In this document: piece by piece, positions 1 to 10,050 of the stretch
Layout of the letters: each line of letters opens with the position of its first letter
How positions within the stretch are numbered: the stretch's first letter is position 1
Position numbers and translations under genes: made by a program
Notes under the pieces: generated by a model
Told to the model about the DNA's origin: nothing
Database searches by the model: none
What the model saw: only the letters and a program-made list of their open reading frames with translations
Source of the DNA: Desulfobacterales bacterium
Lineage (GTDB): Bacteria > Desulfobacterota > Desulfobacteria > Desulfobacterales > UBA5616
Length of the DNA: 64,000 nt
Reading direction: 5' to 3'
Assembly (NCBI GenBank): GCA_046483495.1
Contig: JAWODC010000015.1
Location: 15,962-79,961 of the forward strand

Positions 1-306
1 AAGCGTATTGGCCTCCACAAGCGCTTTAGTCGTTTGCCGCCCGAAGGCGTGTTCATCGATCAATTCTTTCATGAGCCGCCGATCCGGGACGGAAAGGCTG
101 CGTTTATCCAGTTCACGAAAAAGAATATCCTCTTCTTTTCCATGGTGCGTCCGATCTGCGTACATTCGGATGAAATCAACGGCGGTATCGACGAAAACGG
201 GATCGACCCTGCCGGTCGAATCTATTTGTTTGAGGGTATTCCTGATGACCGCAATCATCCTTTCGATCAGGCGATGCTCTATCATGAGCGGTCCGCGTGA
301 CTGCAT
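1..306 (-). CDS. Hemerythrin/HHE cation-binding domain protein (partial, runs off the window's left edge)
   Basis: Not in the ORF track. Hand translation from ATG at 306: MQSRGPLMIEHRLIERMIAVIRNTLKQ...DFIRMYADRTHHGKEEDILF...LIDEHAFGR. It has the EH...HHxKEE...EH hemerythrin motifs and an AAGGAG RBS upstream. Confidence 0.85.
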   Translation of the reverse strand, partial: MQSRGPLMIEHRLIERMIAVIRNTLKQIDSTGRVDPVFVDTAVDFIRMYADRTHHGKEEDILFRELDKRSLSVPDRRLMKELIDEHAFGRQTTKALVEANTL

Positions 307-433
307 ACAATGCTCCTTTTTTTCGTACTTTCGATTATACCTTATTTATTCCTGCATTCTGAAAATGTTTACAGTCGGGAAATCATTCATTCTCTTTAGA
401 AAAGGACTGTAGGCCTACAATCCCCCGGGATCA

Positions 434-1084
434 TCAGGCCCGGGAAGTCACGGGAAGGGTGACACACACTTCGGGCAGCAGATTTACAGCCGTTACCGTC
501 ATTACTCCGTTTTTTACACAAATGATGCTGACGGCACCGTTCGACTGCCGCAGGCGGCGAAAGCCGTCAAGAGGTATACCTTTCGCGAAACACAGCAGGC
601 TCAAGATAACAAAATTATGGCTGCAAATCAGAACCGTGCTGTTATCCGGGTGTTTTGCAATAATGCGATAAAGGGCGCTTACCGCTCGATGTCGGACTTC
701 ATCAAGGCATTCACCACCCGGCATTCTCAATGTGCCCGGGTTCTCCCGCCACTGATTCATAAAATTCGGATACATCCGTGACCATTCAACAGCGTCCATT
801 CCGTCAAACGTCCCCAGGTCCATTTCGATGAAATCCGGTTCTTCAATGAGCCGGGCTTGGGAATGATAGTCCATTATTCGTTTCGCCGTCTCCTTCGCGC
901 GCAACAGGGGGCTGGTGTAAGCCGTTGTCACCGCTTCATCTTTCAGCATCCCGGCCACCGCTTCGGCCTGGCGAACACCGGTTTCATTCAACGGTGTATC
1001 GCATCTGCCTTGAAATCGACGGGTACGGTTCCATTCGGTTTCTCCGTGGCGGACCAGTAAAATGCGTATGTCCTTTTTTTCCAT
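434..1084 (-). CDS. Histidine phosphatase (phosphoglycerate mutase/CobC-like) family protein
   Basis: LVRHGETEWN, SPLLRA.ETA, PGGE and SH motifs. Start moved to MEKKD (1084) to avoid overlap with the SDR gene. Confidence 0.9.
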   Translation of the reverse strand: MEKKDIRILLVRHGETEWNRTRRFQGRCDTPLNETGVRQAEAVAGMLKDEAVTTAYTSPLLRAKETAKRIMDYHSQARLIEEPDFIEMDLGTFDGMDAVEWSRMYPNFMNQWRENPGTLRMPGGECLDEVRHRAVSALYRIIAKHPDNSTVLICSHNFVILSLLCFAKGIPLDGFRRLRQSNGAVSIICVKNGVMTVTAVNLLPEVCVTLPVTSRA

Positions 1085-1154
1085 GGATGGTCCTCTTCCG
1101 CTCGGCCGTAATCTCACAAGGGATTTGGGCCCGTTCGGGACGGCTTTCCTGCAT

Positions 1155-1916
1155 TTAAACCGCGCTGGCGCCACCGTCCACCAATAACGTTTGCCCGGTG
1201 ATGAAATTCGAACCTTCCGAGCATAGAAAAAGAACCGGATGGACAACATCTGCGCATTCGGCGATTCTACCCAGCGGAATGGATTTAATAATGGTGCTGT
1301 AAAACTCCGGGTTTGACCAGAACGGCTTGCTGAAATCCGTTCTCACCATTCCGGGGGCGACGGCATTGACTTGAATATTATGGGGCGCGAGTTCCTGAGC
1401 CAGGACTTTCGTCATCATTTCAATCCCGGCTTTGGCAATTCCGTAAATGCCCATGGCGGGACTCGCCCGGTGGGCGGCCAAGGATGAAATGCTGACGATC
1501 TTTCCCTTGTTCTGCTCACGCATGAGCTGTCCGGCTTTCCGTGAGCACAAAAAGGTTCCGGTCAAGTTGGTATCGATGATTTTCCGCCATAGACCCGGAT
1601 CGGCATCAGTGACACCGGTGACCATGTTCATGCCCACATTGTTCACCAGGATGTCCAACCGGCCGAACCGGTGGACAACGGCTTCAAACAGCGCGTCCAC
1701 GTCCTCCTCTTTAGCGATATGTGCACTGACGCTCAATAATCGGTCCGACGAGTTCAATTGAGCGGCCGCCGCATCCAGGCCGGCCTGCTTTCGTCCGCAA
1801 ATGACGACGTTGGCCTGCTCCCGTAACAGCATTCCAGCCATGTGAAGACCGATGCCCCTGCTTCCGCCGGTGACCACGACGACCTTATCCGCGAGATCAT
1901 AGTTCAGGGTATTCAT
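1155..1916 (-). CDS. Short-chain dehydrogenase/reductase (FabG-like)
   Basis: TGGSRGIG, LVNNVG, YGIAK catalytic motif and VNAVAPG. Confidence 0.92.
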   Translation of the reverse strand: MNTLNYDLADKVVVVTGGSRGIGLHMAGMLLREQANVVICGRKQAGLDAAAAQLNSSDRLLSVSAHIAKEEDVDALFEAVVHRFGRLDILVNNVGMNMVTGVTDADPGLWRKIIDTNLTGTFLCSRKAGQLMREQNKGKIVSISSLAAHRASPAMGIYGIAKAGIEMMTKVLAQELAPHNIQVNAVAPGMVRTDFSKPFWSNPEFYSTIIKSIPLGRIAECADVVHPVLFLCSEGSNFITGQTLLVDGGASAV

Positions 1917-2163
1917 AAATATTCTCCGAAAAGTAGGTGACGGGATACGTTTAGGTTTACCTTTACGCCATTTTCAGGCGTGTGTCAAAAAGGATGTCCA
2001 AAGCTTTGGAAATTTATCCGGATCTTACTTGAGTTATCCGTTGATTGCGATTATATAAGCATTGCAACATCTGCCGTTTTCAGTTATGGCATTTGGGCGG
2101 ATTTTCTTGTCGACCGGAACCAGGGGGTACCGGCCGGCAAAACTGCTGTTGGAGGCAGCCGGT

Positions 2164-2790
2164 ATGATGAAAATGACAGGTGCTTTTGCATGGACCGTTT
2201 TCGTCCTGACGATATTCCAGGCACCGGCTTTTGGTGAATTTTACAAGTATATCGGCAACGACGGAACCGTCTATTTTGTCGATGACCTGCATAAAATTCC
2301 GCTTGAGTTCCGCAACCGGTTCGATGCGTACCCGGAAACATTCGACAACCTGACCGATATCGAAAAGCAGGCGCTGTTGAAAACGATCGAGGCCGAAAAA
2401 AACATGGAAACCAATGTGGTTATCGATAAAAACAATGTCCTGATTCCGGTCACATTGTGTAATGGGGAAAAAATCCTGGAAGTGGTAATGGTACTGGATA
2501 CCGGGGCATCCATTATTACGATCGACCGGAATATTGCCGAAGAGCTCGACATCACCGATACCGGTACGGGAACTGCGAGGATTGTCGGCGGCAAGGAGAT
2601 CGTGTTCGACACGGCCCGGCTGTCCTCCGTAAAGGTGGGGCCGCATGAAAAAGAAAACATAATGGTGGGTATTATCGATCATCAGGGGCCTGCAGTTACT
2701 CACAACGGTCTTTTGGGTATGAATTTTCTTCAGCATTTTGAATATGCCATCGATTTTAAAAAAGGCGTGGTTCGCTGGTATAACGAATAA
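2164..2790 (+). CDS. Exported retropepsin-like aspartyl protease with N-terminal DUF4124-like domain
   Basis: Signal peptide (..APAFG-EF), YKY..dG.VYFVD, catalytic LDTGAS and C-terminal GLLGMNFL. Confidence 0.8.
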   Translation: MMKMTGAFAWTVFVLTIFQAPAFGEFYKYIGNDGTVYFVDDLHKIPLEFRNRFDAYPETFDNLTDIEKQALLKTIEAEKNMETNVVIDKNNVLIPVTLCNGEKILEVVMVLDTGASIITIDRNIAEELDITDTGTGTARIVGGKEIVFDTARLSSVKVGPHEKENIMVGIIDHQGPAVTHNGLLGMNFLQHFEYAIDFKKGVVRWYNE

Positions 2791-2948
2791 CATAAGCCGC
2801 AAATTATCTTTCCTCAAGCCCACATCGGTCGGAAGGGTGTACGGCCTGTGTTTTTACATTCCTCCGCAACCCCTCCCGGGCCGAAGACGATCGAAACCCC
2901 GGCTGCCGGGAAAGAACCGGAAACGTATCACGATAGGATGTTATTTTT

Positions 2949-4679
2949 ATGTATAAACAATTCTTTGGATTCAAGGAGAGGCCGTTCAAACTCGTGCCCA
3001 ACCCGGATTATCTTTTCTTGAGTCGCGTGCACGAGGAAGCGCTTGCCCATCTGAATTACGCCGTCTCGGAAGGCGAGGGATTCGTCCTGATCACCGGCGA
3101 GGTCGGTACAGGCAAAACCACGTTGTGCCGGTCTTTTCTGGAAGGTTTGGATGATAACGTCAAATCCGCCTTTATCTTTAATCCGAAGTTGGACGCCATC
3201 CAGCTGTTGAGGGCAATCAATGATGAGTTCGGCATTGATTCGACGGCGGTTCATACCAAGAATCTCATCGATGAATTGAATGCTTTTTTAATCGAACAAA
3301 AGCGGAATAACAAAAAGGTCATTCTGCTGATCGATGAGGCCCAGAATTTGAATCTGGAAGTGCTGGAGCAGGTGCGGCTTTTGTCAAATCTGGAAACCAC
3401 CCAGGAGAAGCTGCTGCAGATCATTCTCGTCGGTCAGCCCGAGCTGGGAGAGATGCTGGATTCCCCCGAGTTGCGGCAACTGGGCCAACGCATTACCTTG
3501 AACTGCCATTTGAGACCCTTTGATTTGAAGGAAACCGGGGCGTATATCGCGCACCGGATAAACATCGCTTCAGTAAAGCCGCAGACCGTGTTTACAAAAC
3601 GGGCCGTTTCCGCCATTTACAAGCATTCCGGAGGCATTCCCAGGAAAATCAATATTATTTGCGACAGGGCGCTGTTAACCGGATTCGGCCTGGATGAAAG
3701 AACCATCGGTATTTCCATTATTCGTTCAGCCATCGGTGAATTGTCCGGAAAGGCCTCCCCGATCCGCCCATGGTATATCGGACCGATGAAAGTGACGGCT
3801 TTAGGATTGATCTTATGCGGGGTGCTTTTTCTGGTTTTGCCGAACACCTTTTTTAAAGCTTCCCCACCGGAAACCGCAGCACCCCGGAAACAAGTCCTTG
3901 GAAAAGAAACCTCCCCCGCACCAGAGCCAAAAATTGTTCCGGCCGGTTCATCCGCCGCCCCTGTTGTTGCAAAGAAGGGGGAAAAACGTCCGCCAACGTC
4001 CCCAACGACGGCGGCAAAGGCATTGAGCATAGAAGAGCGCCTCAATACATTGGATCCGAAATCCTCTCGTCGAGAAGCCATGAAGACAGTGATGGCGATA
4101 TGGGGCCGAGCATCCGATCTGCCTGCTTTTTTGTCGAATGTCGACGATGACGGTATGTTCTTTCGGCTGGCCGCCAAGCAGGCCGGGTTTAACATTCTGC
4201 CGGTAACGAGGAATATAAGGGTGCTGAAAAAATTGAATCTTCCAGCCGCCTTGGCGCTGCAGGTTCCCGGGCGGCCATCCCCGGTTTATCTGACGTTGAG
4301 TCGACTGGAGGACGGCTTTGCCAACCTGAAGCACAGCATGGAAGAACCGGAAATCCGGATACCTCTGGAGCGGTTGAATGCCTACTGGTCCGGGTCGGCT
4401 TATGTGCCATGGAAAGATTTCTACGGCTATAACGGCCTTATTCCGGCAAATGCCACAGAAGAGTCCATTTTAACGCTAAAAATGCACATTCGGGATATCG
4501 GTTACGATCATATCGAGTTCAGCCCGTATTATGACAAGGCCACCTTTGAGGCCGTGAAAATGATCCAGCATGAACATGGACTGCTGGAAGACGGTCTGGT
4601 TGGACCGTTAACCACGATCATTCTCTACAATCAGCTTGGGAAATTGGATATTCCGAAATTAAGCATGCAAACACCATAG
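2949..4679 (+). CDS. ExeA/GspA-type AAA ATPase with C-terminal peptidoglycan-binding domain
   Basis: MYKQFFGFKERPF start, Walker A GEVGTGKTT, Walker B LLIDEAQ, GQPEL, GGIPRKIN, one TM helix, C-terminal AVKMIQ..HGL..DGLVGPLT. Confidence 0.92.
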   Translation: MYKQFFGFKERPFKLVPNPDYLFLSRVHEEALAHLNYAVSEGEGFVLITGEVGTGKTTLCRSFLEGLDDNVKSAFIFNPKLDAIQLLRAINDEFGIDSTAVHTKNLIDELNAFLIEQKRNNKKVILLIDEAQNLNLEVLEQVRLLSNLETTQEKLLQIILVGQPELGEMLDSPELRQLGQRITLNCHLRPFDLKETGAYIAHRINIASVKPQTVFTKRAVSAIYKHSGGIPRKINIICDRALLTGFGLDERTIGISIIRSAIGELSGKASPIRPWYIGPMKVTALGLILCGVLFLVLPNTFFKASPPETAAPRKQVLGKETSPAPEPKIVPAGSSAAPVVAKKGEKRPPTSPTTAAKALSIEERLNTLDPKSSRREAMKTVMAIWGRASDLPAFLSNVDDDGMFFRLAAKQAGFNILPVTRNIRVLKKLNLPAALALQVPGRPSPVYLTLSRLEDGFANLKHSMEEPEIRIPLERLNAYWSGSAYVPWKDFYGYNGLIPANATEESILTLKMHIRDIGYDHIEFSPYYDKATFEAVKMIQHEHGLLEDGLVGPLTTIILYNQLGKLDIPKLSMQTP

Positions 4680-4699
4680 GCAACACAAGGCATGATCAA

Positions 4700-5527
4700 G
4701 TGAGCTCGATATTAAAGGCACTAAAAAAACTCGAAAGGGAGCAGCCGCGGCAAGAACATGTTCGATCCCTTTCCACGACGGTCCGTGCACATAACCGAAG
4801 AGCACGGACAGCTAAACGGATCGGCGGTTTTTTTGCCGCCTTTTCGGTGGTTGGAGTGATCCTTTGGATTCTGGTTACCGTCATGTATAACGGTCATCAC
4901 CAACAACGAAATTCGCCGACAAAAAAACCCGCCATGGCTCAGCCGGACATGAGGGCTGCCGTAACACCGTCAGCCGGGCCCGATTCGGCAACCATCCGGA
5001 ACAGCCCGTCTTCGATCCAAAAATCGGGTCAATCCCAAAATCCTGCTGAACGTGTCGGCAAAAAAAATTCGGTCAACCCGACGGAAAAGGTCCAAACCCG
5101 GCCGCAAACGGTAATTGCAGGCAAACAACCGACAACGAAGGTGAATACGAATTCAGCGATCGGCTTACCTGAATCGATTCGGGGGTCGAACCGAAACATC
5201 AGACAGGAACCCGTCCCCATCCAGGATGACGAAAAGCTGCGCCACACCACCGGTGAACCGGTTCAATCGCCCCCGGATGAAACACGGTCGGTCACGAATC
5301 GTATGGGCGAAGAACCCCGGCAAATTCCTGTTTACCAGGAAGGCGATCTTAAGCTCATGGCAATCGCCTGGGCCGAAAACCCGGACGGCCGGATCGCGGT
5401 GATTAACGGCGTCATCTGCCGGGAAGGCGGATCCATTACCGGCGTTCAGATCGTTCAAATCGATAAAGAGGAAGTCATCGTTCAAAAGGAAGGCCGGGAC
5501 TATAAAATTCCATTCAATCTCAGGTGA
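4700..5527 (+). CDS. ExeB/GspB-type general secretion pathway protein B
   Basis: MSSILKALKK start, TM helix, Pro/Gln-rich linker, C-terminal AIAW....RIAVING...REG domain. Lies directly after the exeA-like gene. Confidence 0.85.
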   Translation: MSSILKALKKLEREQPRQEHVRSLSTTVRAHNRRARTAKRIGGFFAAFSVVGVILWILVTVMYNGHHQQRNSPTKKPAMAQPDMRAAVTPSAGPDSATIRNSPSSIQKSGQSQNPAERVGKKNSVNPTEKVQTRPQTVIAGKQPTTKVNTNSAIGLPESIRGSNRNIRQEPVPIQDDEKLRHTTGEPVQSPPDETRSVTNRMGEEPRQIPVYQEGDLKLMAIAWAENPDGRIAVINGVICREGGSITGVQIVQIDKEEVIVQKEGRDYKIPFNLR

Positions 5528-5539
5528 AAAGCGCCCGGA

Positions 5540-5761
5540 TTACTTCGGAGTGCCGATCCATAGCCGGACCTGGAGATAAGCGTCGGCCGCAATACCGCTT
5601 CGCCAGAGCCAAAGCGACAGGCAGGTGGCGATCAGGACAAACCAGTACAAAAATTTACTGGTGTGCCTTTCAAGGATCAGAATTTTAATCAAGGACCAAA
5701 GAATAGCAAAAGCCGCCAGTCCGAAGATCATGAGTTCCGGCCCTGTATACCCGAAATACAT
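5540..5761 (-). CDS. Small membrane protein (2 TM), unknown function
   Basis: 73 aa with two hydrophobic segments and a GGAGG RBS upstream. Confidence 0.65.
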   Translation of the reverse strand: MYFGYTGPELMIFGLAAFAILWSLIKILILERHTSKFLYWFVLIATCLSLWLWRSGIAADAYLQVRLWIGTPK

Positions 5762-5850
5762 AGCGTGTCCTCCGGTATAATATTGTCCTCGCGAAAGCTT
5801 TTAATAAAAAGCCATATAATGGTATGGGGGGAAAAAGCAAACCCCTTTTT

Positions 5851-6909
5851 TTAACATTCCGGATAAGCATATACCTTCCCGTCAAATCCTTCCACATATA
5901 TCATGCCGTTGCGGCTCTCTCTGATAAACTCCGGCACCAGTGGGATTTTCCCGCCTCCTCCCGGCAAATCGATCATATATCGGGGAATCGCCATACCCGA
6001 AATGCGACCCTGCAGCGACTTTACGATTCGTAACCCCTTGGCTACGGGTACCCTAAAGTGATCCGTTCCCTTTACCACATCCGGATGATGCAGATAATAG
6101 GGTTTAACCCGGATTTTCAATAATCCGGCGAACAGGTCCTTCAGCACGTTTGGATCGTCATTGATACCTTTGAGCAGAACAGTCTGGGATCCCAAAGGGA
6201 TTCCCGCATCGGCCAATTTTTTACACGCGGCTTCCGATTCCAGCGTCAGTTCGGAAGGATGATTGAATTGAACATTGATATAAAGCGGGTGAAACCGGCT
6301 GAGCATGTCGGCAAGTCCGCGGGAGATACGGTGCGGGAGAGCTCCTGGAACACGGGTGTGGACCCGCAGCACTTCCACAAACGGTATTTCCCGAAGTGAG
6401 CTTAAAATGTCCTTTAGGACATTACCCCCCAGCATCAACGGATCTCCCCCGGAGAGCAGAACCTCCCGGATTGCCGGGGTCCGCCGAATATACGCGATGC
6501 CGTCTTGAATGACATCCTTTGACGGAAGGAAGGATTTCCCGGCCAATCTTTTCCGCATGCAGTAACGGCAGTACACGGCGCATTGATTGGACACGAGAAA
6601 TAAAACCCGGTCCGGATAGCGGTGGATAACGCCTGGAACCGGAGACTGGTTTTCTTCGGAAAGGGGATCATCCCAGGCGATATTTCCATCGAGCTCTCTT
6701 GAATCCGGGACGACTTGCCGCCACACGGCATCCCCCGGCCCCTCTATTAAGGAGAAAAAATGGGGGCTTATCTTCATCGGATAACAGTCTGCCGCTTTTT
6801 TTATACGGCCGACATCAACATCAAACCAGGTTTTCAGAGCGTCCGGCGAGGTAATGTCCGCATCGGGTCCGGCCGGTTCAAAGCCGCCGCTTTTTCGTAA
6901 TAATGTCAT
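5851..6909 (-). CDS. KamA-family radical SAM lysine 2,3-aminomutase-like protein
   Basis: HRYPDRVL, CAVYCRYC (CxxxCxxC), SGGDPL, QTVLLKGIND, PYYL..PD and DLPGGGGKIP (PLP lysine). Start codon uncertain. Confidence 0.88.
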   Translation of the reverse strand: MTLLRKSGGFEPAGPDADITSPDALKTWFDVDVGRIKKAADCYPMKISPHFFSLIEGPGDAVWRQVVPDSRELDGNIAWDDPLSEENQSPVPGVIHRYPDRVLFLVSNQCAVYCRYCMRKRLAGKSFLPSKDVIQDGIAYIRRTPAIREVLLSGGDPLMLGGNVLKDILSSLREIPFVEVLRVHTRVPGALPHRISRGLADMLSRFHPLYINVQFNHPSELTLESEAACKKLADAGIPLGSQTVLLKGINDDPNVLKDLFAGLLKIRVKPYYLHHPDVVKGTDHFRVPVAKGLRIVKSLQGRISGMAIPRYMIDLPGGGGKIPLVPEFIRESRNGMIYVEGFDGKVYAYPEC

Positions 6910-7097
6910 GTCAATGTTATTGTAATTTATAGTAAACCAATATATCCATTCAAACGCGCCCGGACGTGAAGGGATGATTCTATCTTTCGGTTCCATATCC
7001 GAGAAATATCGTTCAAGCTTATTCGCCGGCGCTATGAACACAAAAATTAATGAATGTTACCTGATCGAATCACAAAAATCTACACCATGGAGTAATA

Positions 7098-7679
7098 ATG
7101 GGTGAAAAACAGCGATGCCGGTGGGTTGGTGAAGATCCCTTGTACATTGCCTACCACGACACCGAATGGGGAACGCCTCTTTACGATGACCGAAAACTGT
7201 TTGAATTTCTCGTTCTGGAATGCATGCAGGCCGGTTTAAGCTGGATCACTGTTTTGAGAAAGCGGGAATATTTCCGAGAAGCACTGGACGGCTTCGACCC
7301 CCACGTTATGTCACGATACGATGACGAAAAGCTGAACATGCTTATGGCGGACACAACCATCATTCGGAACCGGCGCAAGCTTGAATCATCCGTTTTAAAC
7401 GCGCGGGCCTTTATCAAGGTTCAAGACGCTTTCGGCTCCTTCTCGAATTACCTGTGGGGATTCGTCGACGGCACACCCGCTGTAGGAGGGTGGCGGTTTC
7501 CTTCGGAAGTTCCGGCACAAACGGTATTATCGAAAAAATTATCCCAAGATCTGAAAGGGCGGGGATTTTCCTTTGTCGGCCCCACGATCTCCTATGCCTA
7601 CATGCAGGCAGTGGGTTTGGCCAACGATCACACGATGGATTGCTTTCGATATCGGGAGCTTCTTGAACAGGGTCGATAA
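7098..7679 (+). CDS. tag: DNA-3-methyladenine glycosylase I
   Basis: RC.W...YHD.EWG, LECMQAGLSW, IIRNRRK, FVGPTI.YAYMQAVG..NDH..DC. Confidence 0.95.
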   Translation: MGEKQRCRWVGEDPLYIAYHDTEWGTPLYDDRKLFEFLVLECMQAGLSWITVLRKREYFREALDGFDPHVMSRYDDEKLNMLMADTTIIRNRRKLESSVLNARAFIKVQDAFGSFSNYLWGFVDGTPAVGGWRFPSEVPAQTVLSKKLSQDLKGRGFSFVGPTISYAYMQAVGLANDHTMDCFRYRELLEQGR

Positions 7680-7711
7680 AAAAAAGGGATGTGCGTACCG
7701 GCGGCCGCTGC

Positions 7712-9382
7712 TTACTTCAGTGCAATTTTTCGCCCTTCGTCGAACCGGCGCTTAAATATTTCTTCCTGTTCATCGAGAATGTCATTGAGTATATTCATAT
7801 TGGTCATCGGATTCATAATGACACACCTCAGCACAACGACTTCACCGCCCATCTCCGGCTTTATCAGTGTGGTGCGGGAAACGAAACTGTTGCCCGCCTC
7901 ACGCTGCAGCCGTTGGAGGTTCTGATTGATATCGTTTAGATGCCTGTTGATTTCGAGCTTTTCTTCGTCCGTGGCCGTTGTCAACTTTTTCCTTATGTGC
8001 GCCGGACAGACGCGATAGGTCAAGATGTTCAGTTCCGGCGGGGTGACAAGCTGAAAATTTTCCCTTCTTTCGATTTCTTCGGCAAATTCAGAGGCTGTTT
8101 CGATGCCGTGTTCGATCAAAAGCGCGTATCCCTTGCCACCCATAATCTTCAACGTGCTGTCTAGAATCAACGAATTGGCTTCCCTGGAGCCGGCCAGCGA
8201 TTTTATCCCCAAATCAACCGAACCCGGGCGGTTTACATATCGTGAATGGTAAGCCACATATTCCATCCGGTGCGGGTCCTTAAAATAGACCATGCCGCAG
8301 GTCATGGGCATGTAAAACTGCTTATGGCCGTCAATCGTCACCGAATCGGCCCGCTCTATCCCCTTTAACAATTTGGCATATTTGTCGGAAAGAAGGGTGG
8401 GCCCACCCCATGCCGCATCCACATGGTAATGAACGCCGAGGGTTTCGCTGATATCGGCCAATGTGTCAAGAGGATCGATTGCACCGGTTTCCGTGGTTCC
8501 GGCAATGCCGATAATGGCGATGATCCGGGTTTTTCCGTTTTCTCTTTGAAATTCGGAAACCATCTTTTTCAGGTGTTTCACATCGATCTTGTTTCGGCTG
8601 TCAACATCCACGGGGATGAGGTTTTGATTGCCGATGCCAAGCAGTCCGGCGGCCTTGCGCAGTGAATAATGGCCCAATCGTGATACGAGAACGACACATC
8701 GCTCGATGTTATGGGCCCTGTAGGCCGCGCAAATGCCTTCCTTTTCAACGCCCTCGAACCCGTCTTTGGCGAAAAGCAACGCATTTCTGGCGACCCATAA
8801 GGCCGTGGTATTGGCAAGCGTGCCCCCGTCTGTAAAGCAGCCCAAGGTGGTGCCGGGATTTTGAACGTGCTCTTGGTAAAAGGATTCGTCAAAATGATAG
8901 ATCAGCCGGTGGATCTTTGCCAGCACCTGTTTCTCCACCACCGAAACGACCTTCGATGTTTCAACCTTCACGACATTCTGGTTCAAAGCGGCGACTATGG
9001 TCTTCAAATGTACCATGAAAAACGGAATGGCAGATGTCATATGGCCGACAAAGTACGGGGACGCAATATTCACCGCATGCGGAGCGATATCTTCGATCAA
9101 GTCGGTAATCACTTCAGCCAGCTTTTTCTCGGGATTCGAACTGATCACGGTATCTTCATATTTTCGTGCCAATTCCTTCAGGCTGACCTCCTCGGTAATG
9201 CCGACATGTTTGTTCAAAAAAGCATGCAAACCGAAAAGAATGGGCTCCATATACTTGAGTAGAATCGTTTTGGAAGCTTCATTTTCAGGCTTAATGAACG
9301 TGCGGATGAGCGTCTGCCAGTCAGCGACGAGTTCTTTTCGTTTGGCCGGGAAATTTTTTACTTTCGATGCCGTTATTTCCAT
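7712..9382 (-). CDS. panP: PLP-dependent group II decarboxylase, PanP-type (putative aspartate 1-decarboxylase)
   Basis: FVGHMTSA, ALNQNVVKVETSK, GGTLAN.TALWVARN, HYSLRKAA, AGTTETG, HVDAAWGG, DGHKQ (PLP lysine), FVSRT. Confidence 0.8.
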   Translation of the reverse strand: MEITASKVKNFPAKRKELVADWQTLIRTFIKPENEASKTILLKYMEPILFGLHAFLNKHVGITEEVSLKELARKYEDTVISSNPEKKLAEVITDLIEDIAPHAVNIASPYFVGHMTSAIPFFMVHLKTIVAALNQNVVKVETSKVVSVVEKQVLAKIHRLIYHFDESFYQEHVQNPGTTLGCFTDGGTLANTTALWVARNALLFAKDGFEGVEKEGICAAYRAHNIERCVVLVSRLGHYSLRKAAGLLGIGNQNLIPVDVDSRNKIDVKHLKKMVSEFQRENGKTRIIAIIGIAGTTETGAIDPLDTLADISETLGVHYHVDAAWGGPTLLSDKYAKLLKGIERADSVTIDGHKQFYMPMTCGMVYFKDPHRMEYVAYHSRYVNRPGSVDLGIKSLAGSREANSLILDSTLKIMGGKGYALLIEHGIETASEFAEEIERRENFQLVTPPELNILTYRVCPAHIRKKLTTATDEEKLEINRHLNDINQNLQRLQREAGNSFVSRTTLIKPEMGGEVVVLRCVIMNPMTNMNILNDILDEQEEIFKRRFDEGRKIALK

Positions 9383-9597
9383 AGTGAACGTTTCGAGGGT
9401 ATCCTATTGAAATTTTCGCGATAAAAGCCGTTTTGATTTGTTGTTTCTTATTTTAACAGGCTCACCTATTTTGATACACGTTTAAAGTCAACAGATAAAT
9501 AACTTTTTATTAAAAATGTGCGCTCGAAAAAGGAGTCTTGCCAAAACCCATCCATTTGTGGTTAAATTTAAAAAATATGCTTTTGGAGAAGGCAACG

Positions 9598-9981
9598 ATG
9601 CATGGGTTATTTATAAGATGGATTATACTGACGGTCGCCATTCTGGTGACATCGCTTCTGCTTGACGGCATTCGTGTGAGCGGTTTCTTAAGCGCCGTTT
9701 TTACCGCCGCTCTTCTCGGGATATTAAATGCCTTTTTCCGGCCGGTTCTAATCCTTTTGACGCTTCCCATCACTATTCTGACCATGGGCTTGTTTATGTT
9801 CGTCATCAATGCCGTGCTCCTGATGATGGCATCCGGTGCCGTACCCGGATTCGAGGTGAATGGTTTCTGGTCCGCGGTTTTCGGATCGATCATTATCGGT
9901 TTGATCAGTTGGATTTTAAACCTGTTGATCAATCAGCACGGCCGAATCGAATATATACGGTTTAACCGGTTCGACAATTGA
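9598..9981 (+). CDS. 4-TM membrane protein of the YvlD/'phage holin family' type
   Basis: LGILNAFFRPVLILLTLPITILTMGLFMFVINA signature. Confidence 0.85.
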   Translation: MHGLFIRWIILTVAILVTSLLLDGIRVSGFLSAVFTAALLGILNAFFRPVLILLTLPITILTMGLFMFVINAVLLMMASGAVPGFEVNGFWSAVFGSIIIGLISWILNLLINQHGRIEYIRFNRFDN

Positions 9982-10050
9982 CACCTCCATTTTTCAACAT
10001 GTGCGACCGGGAGAAATCATCCCGGTGAATTTTATTCGAAAGGAGCCCTG

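Noticed and set aside
8..412. Plus-strand ORFs of 134 and 88 aa
   Set aside because: They are shadows of the minus-strand hemerythrin-domain gene, which has motifs and an RBS.
9598..9981. 'Phage holin family' gene as evidence of a prophage
   Set aside because: This 4-TM family is commonly chromosomal, and there are no phage genes around it.
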